A program made the translations under genes and the position numbers. A model generated the notes under the pieces. That model was not told the origin of the DNA. It saw nothing but the letters and a program-made list of their open reading frames with translations, and ran no database searches. This document shows, piece after piece, positions 8,990 through 17,296 of a stretch of DNA of 44,979 bases. Source of the stretch: an uncultured Candidatus Saccharibacteria bacterium (GTDB lineage: Bacteria > Patescibacteriota > Minisyncoccia > Phycocordibacterales > UBA5272). Location of the stretch: the NCBI GenBank assembly GCA_964510805.1, contig CAZEDG010000005.1, positions 1-44,979 on the forward strand, in the 5' to 3' direction. Numbering within the stretch: the first letter of the stretch is position 1; every line of letters starts with the position of its first letter.

Positions 8990-10927
8990 ATGACTACAGG
9001 TACACCGCAATTAAATGACGCCCAAAGAGAAGCCTCCAACTACATAGAAGGCCCACTTCTTATCGTTGCCGGGGCCGGGGCAGGTAAGACCAAGACGCTC
9101 ACAGAACGCATTGTTACTATTATCAAAAATGGCGTCGACCCGCGCAACATTCTCGCAGTAACCTTCACCAACAAAGCGTCCAAAGAAATGCGCGAGCGTA
9201 TCATCTCTCGCTTAGAAGATGAGCACATTATCGAAAAAGAAAACCCATATCATCCAACTCCAACAATCAAGACCTTCCACTCACTTGGTCTTATGCTTCT
9301 CAAGGAGCAATCACAGCGTGCAGGACTTCTTAAGAATCCAACCATTCTCGATAGCCAGGACTCTCTTAGCATCATCAAGCAAGCGCTTGAGAAGTTAAGT
9401 CTTGATCCTAAGATACATGATCCTTCTAAGATACGAGGAATTATCAGTAGAGAAAAAGGTGATTTCGTAAGTCAGAAGGATTATGAAAAAAAAGTAGCAA
9501 CCGCACAAATGGATATTATTTCTTCTGTGTGGAGACTATATGAAGAGAAGCTTCGCGAACAAAGAGCAGTAGACTTCGACGATCTCATCGTACGTGCAGT
9601 GATGCTTCTTGAGGAGCATGCAGATATACGCGCATACTACAGGAAACGCTTCGCATATATCCATATTGATGAGTATCAAGATACCAACATGGCACAATAT
9701 GCTTTTGTTAAGCTTCTTGTTGATGAAGAAAAAAATAACATTTGTGTAGTAGGTGATACTGATCAAAATATCTATAGCTGGAGAGGGGCCAACATCAGAA
9801 ACATGCTTCGTTTTGAAAAAGACTTTCCTGGTACAAAAGTAATTCTTCTTGAAGAGAACTACAGATCAACAGGTAATATTCTACGTCTTGCAAATAACAC
9901 AATCAAAAAAAACACTGTACGCACCGAAAAGAATCTTTTTACATCACGCGGGGAAGGGGAGCTTGTCGAGATCACCCCATGCTTCGACGAAGGAGCTGAA
10001 GCTGAGCATGTTGCACGTGCATGTAAAGCGCTCATTGACGCTGGAGAAAATCCAGAATCGATCGCTGTACTCTACAGAGCTAACTTCCAATCTCGTGTTC
10101 TTGAAGAAGGGTTTCTCAAAGAAAATGTTCCCTATAACCTTCTTGGTACAAAATTCTTCGAGAGAAAAGAAGTGAAGGATGTCATGAGTTACCTTCGCGC
10201 AGGAGAGAACAGAACTTCTCAAGCGGATTTGCGAAGAGTATTCGACACACCTAAGCGTGGTATCGGTAAGGTTACAGTTGCTAAGATTTTTGCAGGAGAA
10301 CCTGTCCCAAAAAGCGCAGAAGAAAAAGTAAACAAAGTGTACACATTCCTAGACACAATTATGGAGCGCTTAGAGACCGAGCCTCTTTCTCACGTCATCT
10401 CGATGATTATTGTTGATTCTGGAATGGAAAAAGAAATGCTCGAAGGAAGCAGTGAAGATAGAGAACGCCTTGAGAGTGCACGAGAACTGGTCTCTCCGAC
10501 TGTCAGATATGATCATATGAAGGGTATCGAAGCACTTCCTACATTTCTTGAAGAGACTTCACTACAGGCGGATCAAGATAATGACACCAAGGAGAAGAGC
10601 GGTGTACGTCTCATGACTATCCATGCATCGAAGGGTCTTGAGTTCAATCATGTATTCATTGTTGGACTTGAACATGATCTTTTTCCCCACAAAAACATAG
10701 GTAACCGCAAACGAACAAAAGAAGAGGAAGAAGAGGAAAGGAGACTTTTCTATGTTGCGGTGACACGAGCAAGGAAGCAACTTCATCTTTCCTACACTGA
10801 GCTTCGTACCATCTTTGGCCAGAAGCAGATCAATACACCAAGCGAATTCTTAGATGATGTCGAAGATGAAATCGCAAACCATAATGATATCTATTATAAA
10901 GAAGGTGGGGCGATAGTATACATCTAA
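8990..10927 (+). CDS. uvrD: UvrD/PcrA SF1 DNA helicase
   Basis: AGAGAGKT, FTNKA, DEYQDTN, VGDTDQNIYSWRGA, LEENYRST, TIHASKGLEF, EERRLFYVAVTRA. Confidence 0.97.
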   Translation: MTTGTPQLNDAQREASNYIEGPLLIVAGAGAGKTKTLTERIVTIIKNGVDPRNILAVTFTNKASKEMRERIISRLEDEHIIEKENPYHPTPTIKTFHSLGLMLLKEQSQRAGLLKNPTILDSQDSLSIIKQALEKLSLDPKIHDPSKIRGIISREKGDFVSQKDYEKKVATAQMDIISSVWRLYEEKLREQRAVDFDDLIVRAVMLLEEHADIRAYYRKRFAYIHIDEYQDTNMAQYAFVKLLVDEEKNNICVVGDTDQNIYSWRGANIRNMLRFEKDFPGTKVILLEENYRSTGNILRLANNTIKKNTVRTEKNLFTSRGEGELVEITPCFDEGAEAEHVARACKALIDAGENPESIAVLYRANFQSRVLEEGFLKENVPYNLLGTKFFERKEVKDVMSYLRAGENRTSQADLRRVFDTPKRGIGKVTVAKIFAGEPVPKSAEEKVNKVYTFLDTIMERLETEPLSHVISMIIVDSGMEKEMLEGSSEDRERLESARELVSPTVRYDHMKGIEALPTFLEETSLQADQDNDTKEKSGVRLMTIHASKGLEFNHVFIVGLEHDLFPHKNIGNRKRTKEEEEEERRLFYVAVTRARKQLHLSYTELRTIFGQKQINTPSEFLDDVEDEIANHNDIYYKEGGAIVYI

Positions 10928-11066
10928 GAGACTAGATGGTAGATGTTAGACTTTAGGTATTAGAAAAATACAAGACAATAGAAAAAGGGCGGCACCTAAC
11001 GGTGTCGCCCTTGTTTGTTCTGTAAGCGAAGCGGTCTGTTGTCTGTCCGTCTGTTATCTATTTCTC
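10928..11066. repeat. Intergenic mosaic element, copy A3 (variant hairpin 10985-11012), probable bidirectional terminator
   Basis: AAGGGCGGCACC-TAAC-GGTGTCGCCCTT with one G.T pair. ACTAGATGGTAGATGTTAGACTTTAG on the left, GCGAAGC at 11026. Lies between convergent genes. Confidence 0.8.
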
Positions 11067-11558
11067 TTACCTATTCTTCTTACAGGTAAGAGCGATATAG
11101 GTTCGCCTCGGAACAAACTCAAGCACAAAGATCCAGACCCATGTGACCATGAGCGCAAGCTCGATGACAGGAAAAAGCTTTATCACCCAATTGCTTCGTA
11201 ACCACATCACGAAGCCCTTGTCATGTATGACACCTTGCCAACCGTAACACTTTTGAAGAGGGACAACTGCAATACTGCGAAGCTCTTCGATAAAACTCTC
11301 AAAAAGAGTCTCTTCCAAAGTTTCAAGATGCGAATAATCCGCATTCAAATACGAGTCAAGAAGAAGAAGCGTGAATCCAACGACACTTACCACAAAGTAT
11401 GAAGCAATGATTCCTTGTCCCTCTGCCTTACTTCCAAACATTGCAAGTGCCACAACAGTAAAACAGAAAAACATAATCACCGGTGCAACAATTACATAGA
11501 GCAGTTGCACAAACAACAAGAACTTCTTCCAATCAAAAGACTTTCCCAAAGTGTTCAT
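11067..11558 (-). CDS. Orphan multi-pass membrane protein (163 aa)
   Basis: Three hydrophobic helices. The ATG at 11558 is preceded by GGAGG; the track's GTG start at 11594 lies inside the -10 box. Confidence 0.7.
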   Translation of the reverse strand: MNTLGKSFDWKKFLLFVQLLYVIVAPVIMFFCFTVVALAMFGSKAEGQGIIASYFVVSVVGFTLLLLDSYLNADYSHLETLEETLFESFIEELRSIAVVPLQKCYGWQGVIHDKGFVMWLRSNWVIKLFPVIELALMVTWVWIFVLEFVPRRTYIALTCKKNR

Positions 11559-11590
11559 CTTTCCTCCATATTCATGAAGAATCTTGTTGC

Positions 11591-11619
11591 ACACTACATG
11601 AATAAACCAACTGTGTCAA
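11591..11619 (-). promoter_or_regulatory. Sigma70-type promoter
   Basis: TTGACA-17 nt-TAGTGT on the minus strand, directly after the upstream terminator. Confidence 0.65.
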
Positions 11620-11628
11620 CAAAAGAAA

Positions 11629-11659
11629 AAGCGCGGGTAGCCTTTGGCTACCCGCGCTT
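11629..11659 (-). terminator. Intrinsic terminator of the 11676-12854 gene
   Basis: 14-bp perfect GC-rich stem AAGCGCGGGTAGCC/GGCTACCCGCGCTT, followed by a T-tract on the minus strand. Confidence 0.85.
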
Positions 11660-11675
11660 GCGATGAGATGAACTC

Positions 11676-12854
11676 TCACTTCATGCCGTACAACGCGATC
11701 AGGTTAGCGCGTGTCTTATCGGCATAGAGACGGTTGGCTTTCCTGTAGCCTCGCGCCATATCACCTTTCATGCCACCCTCGACCCATTTCTTGGTATCGT
11801 GGTATGCATAGCCAGGCAAATGATGAGCTGATGCGACGAACATCACCATCTCATCTTGGAAGTCCTTGTGCTTCCTAGAAAGCACAGCAACCCCATGGTC
11901 ACTCAAGAACGAAACCATCCGAAGAACATTGTGTACCGCGAAATACACAGCGCCAACGTGATGATCATCACCCTGAAGAAGGACCACAGAGTCGGGGATT
12001 TTCATTCCACCAGACTTCAGGTTACCGTTGACAATGGAAACCCCTTCAGTTGCTTTACTATCCTTTCGCAAAGATAGTGAAGTAAACTGATAGAACCCAA
12101 GCGACAGCATATTGTCATGCACAGCAGGAATATGCATGACATACGAAGCACCCGCATTCCTAAGAAGCATATCCAAGTAGACAACATTAAACCTGCCGTC
12201 AGCAGGAAAAAGTTCGGTCATGCCATAGGCGATGAAATCCTTGCCTCGAAGATTCTTCACAATCTCCTTGGCAAGAACACATCTCTTCTGGTCGACCGGC
12301 TTCTTTGGAATATTTTTGCCAGGCATTTTGTAGACCTTGCACAGACGATCCCAGTCAACGGAATCCTTAGCCTTCGCAACAACCTTCTCGGTCGTCGCGA
12401 TGAACTTCGGAAGCGTCGTGTACCCTCGGTCGCTCTTCATGTAGCGATCGAGGATCTCCGGCACCTTGTACAAAGTGGCATCGGAAACTTCTTTTCGCCA
12501 AGCTTTTGCTTCCCAAAAGTCAGCCATCACCTGATCAAAGGAAACATCGACCCGATCAGGAATATCAATCCCCGAAAAAGGGAGACCAAGGTGCTGAGCG
12601 TAGAAGTCGCTGACTTTTTTCCTCACGGAAAGTAGGCCAGTCAGGTCAACAGTCTTCACTGAAGACCCTGCAGAAGAAGCAACGGAACTCGCTGCTTTGA
12701 CTGCGTCCATGCGCACCTGTTCCCGTGTGCGAGGCAGAGGAGCCGACGGAGCAGAAGCAGACACAGCAGACGGAACATCGTCCTTACCCTTCCCACAACC
12801 AGACAAGCCAAGGAAAGAGGCGAGAACGGCAAGGATCAGAATCAAAACTTTCAT
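11676..12854 (-). CDS. Orphan lipoprotein, possibly a divergent lysozyme-like/lytic transglycosylase fold
   Basis: MKVLILILAVLASFLGLSG-C lipobox with SD GAGGAG upstream, then an Ala/Ser linker. The order MTE...SLGFYQF...ASAHH loosely parallels SLT motifs I-III. Confidence 0.6.
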   Translation of the reverse strand: MKVLILILAVLASFLGLSGCGKGKDDVPSAVSASAPSAPLPRTREQVRMDAVKAASSVASSAGSSVKTVDLTGLLSVRKKVSDFYAQHLGLPFSGIDIPDRVDVSFDQVMADFWEAKAWRKEVSDATLYKVPEILDRYMKSDRGYTTLPKFIATTEKVVAKAKDSVDWDRLCKVYKMPGKNIPKKPVDQKRCVLAKEIVKNLRGKDFIAYGMTELFPADGRFNVVYLDMLLRNAGASYVMHIPAVHDNMLSLGFYQFTSLSLRKDSKATEGVSIVNGNLKSGGMKIPDSVVLLQGDDHHVGAVYFAVHNVLRMVSFLSDHGVAVLSRKHKDFQDEMVMFVASAHHLPGYAYHDTKKWVEGGMKGDMARGYRKANRLYADKTRANLIALYGMK

Positions 12855-12901
12855 GAGAATTCTCCTCAAAATGGTTGATTTCAAAACAGCAATCAGATAC
12901 A

Positions 12902-12945
12902 ATTATATCATGAAATTTGATAAAAGTCAATCCATGTGCTACAAT
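12902..12945. promoter_or_regulatory. Overlapping divergent sigma70 promoters
   Basis: Minus strand: TTGACT(12930-25)-17-TATAAT(12907-02). Plus strand: TTGATA(12917-22)-17-TACAAT(12940-45) with a TGn extension. Confidence 0.7.
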
Positions 12946-12961
12946 GGATTCTACATTTTCC

Positions 12962-13780
12962 ATGCATTCACCACATCCAAAAAAATCATTTGGTCAGAAC
13001 TTTCTCACCTCTATTCCTGCACGCCTTAAGATGGTAGAAGGAGGGGAGGTGTGTGAAGGCGACACGGTTCTTGAGATTGGGCCAGGTAAAGGATTTCTTA
13101 CTGAAGCACTTCTCCAAAAAGGCGCACAGGTGATTGCTGTCGAAAAAGACCGCGACCTCATCCCTTATCTTACGGAACACTTCCGTGAAGAACTCCGCAC
13201 ATCCAAACTCAGACTTATCGAAGAAGACATACTTCACTTTGATCCGCGTGCTCACGGTCTAAAAAAATCTACCTACAAACTTGTTGCTAACATTCCTTAC
13301 TACATCACCGGTGCAATCCTTTCACAATTTTTAACCAGCGAAGAACATCCGTCCTCAATCACCGTACTTGTGCAGAAAGAAGTTGCGGAACGTATCTGTG
13401 CAAGAGACGGCAAAAAAAATATAAAGCACTCTCTTCTCTCGCTCTCAGTACACGTGTATGGTACGCCATCACTTATTCATAGAGTGAATAAAGGGAGCTT
13501 CTTTCCTGTTCCAAAAGTTGACTCAGCGATACTTACAATTCGAGATATTTCAAAAAAGAATTTCGCAAGCAGTGCTCATGAAGAACTTTTCTTTAAGCTT
13601 ATTCACGCCGGATTCGCACACAAGAGAAAGTATGCGCTTTCTAATCTTGCATTACATTTCAACAAAGAACAATTACAAAAGCTCTTCCTCGAGGCTTCCG
13701 TCAAGGAGACTACGCGTGCTGAAGATGTTACACTTTCACAATGGTTGCATATCTCTTCGAGCTTAGTTACACAGGAGTAA
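12962..13780 (+). CDS. rsmA: 16S rRNA m6(2)A dimethyltransferase RsmA/KsgA
   Basis: KKSFGQNFL, VLEIGPGKGFLT, VANIPYYIT, VQKEVAERI, FFPVPKVDSA. ATG 12962 preferred over 12917. Confidence 0.96.
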   Translation: MHSPHPKKSFGQNFLTSIPARLKMVEGGEVCEGDTVLEIGPGKGFLTEALLQKGAQVIAVEKDRDLIPYLTEHFREELRTSKLRLIEEDILHFDPRAHGLKKSTYKLVANIPYYITGAILSQFLTSEEHPSSITVLVQKEVAERICARDGKKNIKHSLLSLSVHVYGTPSLIHRVNKGSFFPVPKVDSAILTIRDISKKNFASSAHEELFFKLIHAGFAHKRKYALSNLALHFNKEQLQKLFLEASVKETTRAEDVTLSQWLHISSSLVTQE

Positions 13781-15120
13781 TCGTTACACTTCTTGTTCTC
13801 TACCTTCGTTTCATTGCTTCTTTTTCTACAAAAAAAAGATTCTTCGCTTCCTATCTCTTTGGTTTTGCTGTGAATGTCTACGGTTTGTCATGGTTATACA
13901 CCGTGTATCCGCTTTCATGGATGGAGAATAAGGTTTCACAGCTTGCCGGGATTACTCTCCTTATACTCATTCTCTCTCTAAGCACTGCATGTGCATACCT
14001 TGTGCTTCCTTTTGCTTTTCATAAAAAACTACACCTACAGGCACGACCTTTTGCCTTCGCTTTACTTCTTACACTTGCAGAAGTGATACGATCACTTATC
14101 ATCTCAACACTCTACTACGGCAACCATTCAACGATTGCACTACATTTCACAGCAGGGACTATTGGCAACGCACTTTCAACGACACCTCTTGTCGAGCTTG
14201 CGTACTTAGGTGGAGTGTTCGCACTCACCTTTACACTTGGATATATCATATATGGTATACAGAACAAGTACTCATTCCTTCTCTACCACAAACATCTTCT
14301 TGTCTTTATCGTGCTTCTTCTTTTTGTACACTACTTCATTCCAGTACATGCTCCCAAAAAACCAATCAGTATTGCTCTTATAAGCACAGATTTCGATGAT
14401 GTTCAAAAAGATGATGAGAAACTCTACACAGAAGCCTTCAAAAAAAATGAGGAGAAGTTGAAACGAATCATTCTCCCTCTTGCTTCATCATCACCTTCTT
14501 TTGTCGTGCTTCCTGAGGATACGCGTTTTCTTTCTCATCTTTCTGACAAAGAAAGGGAAGGGCTTACAAAAACTTTTCCCAAGACAACTTTTATTGATGG
14601 CGACTTACTCCCAACTCAATCTGGCTACTCAGCGATAGCGCTCTTTTATGCACCAGGAGACAAAAAGGTAGATCTTCGTGGCAAAGAAATGCTTCTCCCT
14701 TTTAATGAATACATTCCTCTATTCTTTAGACCAATCTTCGCGCTCTTCGTACAAGGCGACGAACTTGCTCGCTACGAGAAGCTTCACACCTTCACACCGC
14801 TCTTCGGAAGAAAAACCAGAATACTTGATGGAGTAAAAGTTGGCACTCTTATCTGTTCTGAAATTCTCTCAGATAGCGAAATACGATCGCTTAAAAGTGA
14901 GAGTCCCGACATAGTGTTCTTCCAATCACGTCTTAATGTGTTCCATAACAATCCATGGTTCCTGATGCATCTACGCTCATTTAGCAAAATCACTGCTTCA
15001 CAACTAAGAACTACACTTATAGGAAGCACGAGTGGTGCACCATCATTTGTAGTGTCACCACACGGCAAGTTCCTTCTTTTTACAGAAAGAAAAACGGGGG
15101 TGGATATGGTACAACAATGA
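13741..15120 (+). CDS. lnt: Apolipoprotein N-acyltransferase-like (membrane domain + nitrilase fold)
   Basis: About seven N-terminal TM helices. The catalytic triad motifs are retained: VLPED (E), GKEMLLPFNEYIP (K), LICSEI (C). Confidence 0.8.
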   Translation: MVAYLFELSYTGVIVTLLVLYLRFIASFSTKKRFFASYLFGFAVNVYGLSWLYTVYPLSWMENKVSQLAGITLLILILSLSTACAYLVLPFAFHKKLHLQARPFAFALLLTLAEVIRSLIISTLYYGNHSTIALHFTAGTIGNALSTTPLVELAYLGGVFALTFTLGYIIYGIQNKYSFLLYHKHLLVFIVLLLFVHYFIPVHAPKKPISIALISTDFDDVQKDDEKLYTEAFKKNEEKLKRIILPLASSSPSFVVLPEDTRFLSHLSDKEREGLTKTFPKTTFIDGDLLPTQSGYSAIALFYAPGDKKVDLRGKEMLLPFNEYIPLFFRPIFALFVQGDELARYEKLHTFTPLFGRKTRILDGVKVGTLICSEILSDSEIRSLKSESPDIVFFQSRLNVFHNNPWFLMHLRSFSKITASQLRTTLIGSTSGAPSFVVSPHGKFLLFTERKTGVDMVQQ

Positions 15121-15270
15121 CCATCGTTGCATGGGCCCGCAACGACGGTCATTGTTTGAATGAGGAATGAAGAAAGAAGACCGCTTCGCTTGTAGAAAAC
15201 CAGAAGTTAGATGTTAGACTTTAGGTATCTGTAGCTACTAATTACGAATAACTAATAACCAATTACGACC
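15113..15270. repeat. Type-B hairpin (15113-15156) plus heptamer flank
   Basis: AACAATGACCATCGTTGC-ATGGGCCC-GCAACGACGGTCATTGTT with one mismatch. The second copy is at 22763. Followed by GCTTCGC and TAGATGT/TAGACTT/TTACGAA heptamers. Confidence 0.85.
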
Positions 15271-15271
15271 C

Positions 15272-16177
15272 ATGCCCTACACACTTCTCCTAAGAATCAC
15301 ACTCTTCTCCATCTTTCTTGGTTGTATAGCTCTTACTGACTCTCTTTTTCATCTTGGAATTAAGGACATGCTTCCAGAGAGCGCTCAAAATCTTATCTGG
15401 TACCCCTTCATCTTCGGTACTCCACATATCGTTGCGTCATTCTTTTCGTATGCACATAGTGGTTACTATACGCACTACAAAAAACTTATCCTTCAGTCGC
15501 TCGGTGTAAGTCTTCTTCTTGTGTTTGTTTCTTTTATCTTTCTTCCACACTACGCAATGTATCTTTTTATTGCATATACTATGTACCACGTCGCATCACA
15601 ACAAATAGGTCTATCGAGGCCCTACAGTACCAACAAAACTTCGTATGATATGTGGAAATATTTCAGTCTTGTAGGCATTATCGCGATCACACTTTTTGTA
15701 GGAGGGGAGAATATGATGGTTCCTCTAACTATCATGCTTCCTTTTCTTCTGTATACCGGAAGCATCTCGCTTGGATTAGCTACATTCTTTGGCTATGAAA
15801 CTTTTAAAACATGGAATTACGGCATGGCAACAGTTGCGCTCTTTACTCTTGCTCTTCTTGTGATACTTCTTGGCTATCCTTTTGTTGGTATTCTTATGGC
15901 AAGACTTTCTCATGATATAAGTGCGTATAGCATCTACATCACTCATGCATGGAAAGGGGACACACTGTTTACCCGTGAATCACTTCGTTACTATACTCCT
16001 GTGTTCTATACAGTCTTCTTCTCACTTCTTTCGCTTGGTATAAGTTATCTTCTTGTGTCACATGTTAATTCAGTCTTTGTGCTTATCATTGTCATGGTTC
16101 TTTCTCTTATGCACTACATGCTCGAAGGAAAGGTATGGAAGAAAGGAGGAATGCATAGGGGGATGCTTGGTAATTAG
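15272..16177 (+). CDS. Polytopic membrane protein with four intramembrane His motifs (possible metalloenzyme)
   Basis: About nine TM helices. Motifs FGTPHIVAS, MYHVASQQIG, RLSHDISAY and LMHYMLEGKVWK. Confidence 0.7.
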   Translation: MPYTLLLRITLFSIFLGCIALTDSLFHLGIKDMLPESAQNLIWYPFIFGTPHIVASFFSYAHSGYYTHYKKLILQSLGVSLLLVFVSFIFLPHYAMYLFIAYTMYHVASQQIGLSRPYSTNKTSYDMWKYFSLVGIIAITLFVGGENMMVPLTIMLPFLLYTGSISLGLATFFGYETFKTWNYGMATVALFTLALLVILLGYPFVGILMARLSHDISAYSIYITHAWKGDTLFTRESLRYYTPVFYTVFFSLLSLGISYLLVSHVNSVFVLIIVMVLSLMHYMLEGKVWKKGGMHRGMLGN

Positions 16178-16279
16178 TAATTCGTTATTCGTAATTAGCA
16201 GAAGCGACACCTTCGGTGTCGCTTCTGTACTTTTGTATTCTGTATTACACGAATTACGAATAACCAATAACGAATTACT
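16176..16279. repeat. Intergenic mosaic element, copy A4 (palindrome 16199-16227)
   Basis: CAGAAGCGACACC-TTC-GGTGTCGCTTCTG. The outer inverted arms are AGTAATTCGTTATTCGTAATT and AATTACGAATAACCAATAACGAATTACT (7-bp units). Confidence 0.9.
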
Positions 16280-16343
16280 GGTTCCCTGTTCATAACTTCT
16301 TCCTTCCTCCACCTATTCCGGGCTATACTTCAAGTATCTTTCT

Positions 16344-17288
16344 ATGTACGCACCAAAAAGTGATCAAGCAATGACCACCAAGAAGGCTCTTACTGTGCTT
16401 GGTATGGTTGGTTTTCTTTTCATGCTTACTTTTATTGTTCCTGCTCGACTCGTTGGACTAGACGATACACCTAAGAAAAAGAAGCGTGACCCACTTGTAC
16501 TTAAAACCTATCAAGAGCTCAAGCAGTTAGACGGAGACAAAGATGGTAACGGTATTCCTGATTGGAAGGATGTTATCAATGCGACCATGAGCACTTCAAC
16601 TAAGCAAACTGTCGGAACCAAGACACTTGATGAAGCGACCAGAAAACGCCTTGAAGATCCTAACAACTTAACGGTATCGTTTTCCAAAAATATTTATATC
16701 GCATCAGCATACGCCGAGAAGCAAGGTAACTTAACCAAGGAGCAAAAAGAAGAGCTTGTTCAAACTGTTCTCGAAGGGGAGAGGGTTAAGTTAACAAGAA
16801 AAGAATACACTGTCGATGATCTTACTTTAATAAAAGATGAATCTCCTTTATTTATCAAGTCTTATGGTAATAATCTTGGCACAATCTACTCAGAGGCTCT
16901 TAAAGCAAATGCAACCCAAAATGACCTTGCAATTCTAAAAGCTTACGAAGAAAGTAAAGATAAGACACTACTTACAGGTTTTGTTGTTAAAAAAAATATT
17001 ATCCTAAAAGCTGTTAACGAACTCGCAACGATGAGAGTTCCTTATTCGGCAACACCTCTTCATCTCGAGGTTCTTAACAAATTATCAGAATACTATGCTA
17101 TTTTGGATAATCTCTCCGTCGCTGATTCTGACCCGCTACGATCTGCTCTTGCGTTCAACGCTTACAAGGACAACATGGTGTCTATGCACTCAGCATTTAT
17201 CGCACTTAATAACTATTTTGTTTTTAAACAGATAACTTTTTCAAAAAGTGATTCTGGTTTTAGTGTCTTTTCGGAGTATACTCAATAA
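16344..17288 (+). CDS. Membrane-anchored helical protein with a thrombospondin type-3-like Ca-binding loop
   Basis: N-terminal TM helix and DKDGNGIPDWKD loop. First gene of the T4SS-like cluster. Start could be 16368. Confidence 0.75.
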   Translation: MYAPKSDQAMTTKKALTVLGMVGFLFMLTFIVPARLVGLDDTPKKKKRDPLVLKTYQELKQLDGDKDGNGIPDWKDVINATMSTSTKQTVGTKTLDEATRKRLEDPNNLTVSFSKNIYIASAYAEKQGNLTKEQKEELVQTVLEGERVKLTRKEYTVDDLTLIKDESPLFIKSYGNNLGTIYSEALKANATQNDLAILKAYEESKDKTLLTGFVVKKNIILKAVNELATMRVPYSATPLHLEVLNKLSEYYAILDNLSVADSDPLRSALAFNAYKDNMVSMHSAFIALNNYFVFKQITFSKSDSGFSVFSEYTQ

Positions 17289-17296
17289 TAATTACT

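Noticed and set aside
16053-16312. Short ORFs across intergenic elements (also 18964-19185, 22781-22981)
   Set aside because: They are translations of the heptamer/hairpin repeats, and their mutual similarity comes from the DNA repeat.
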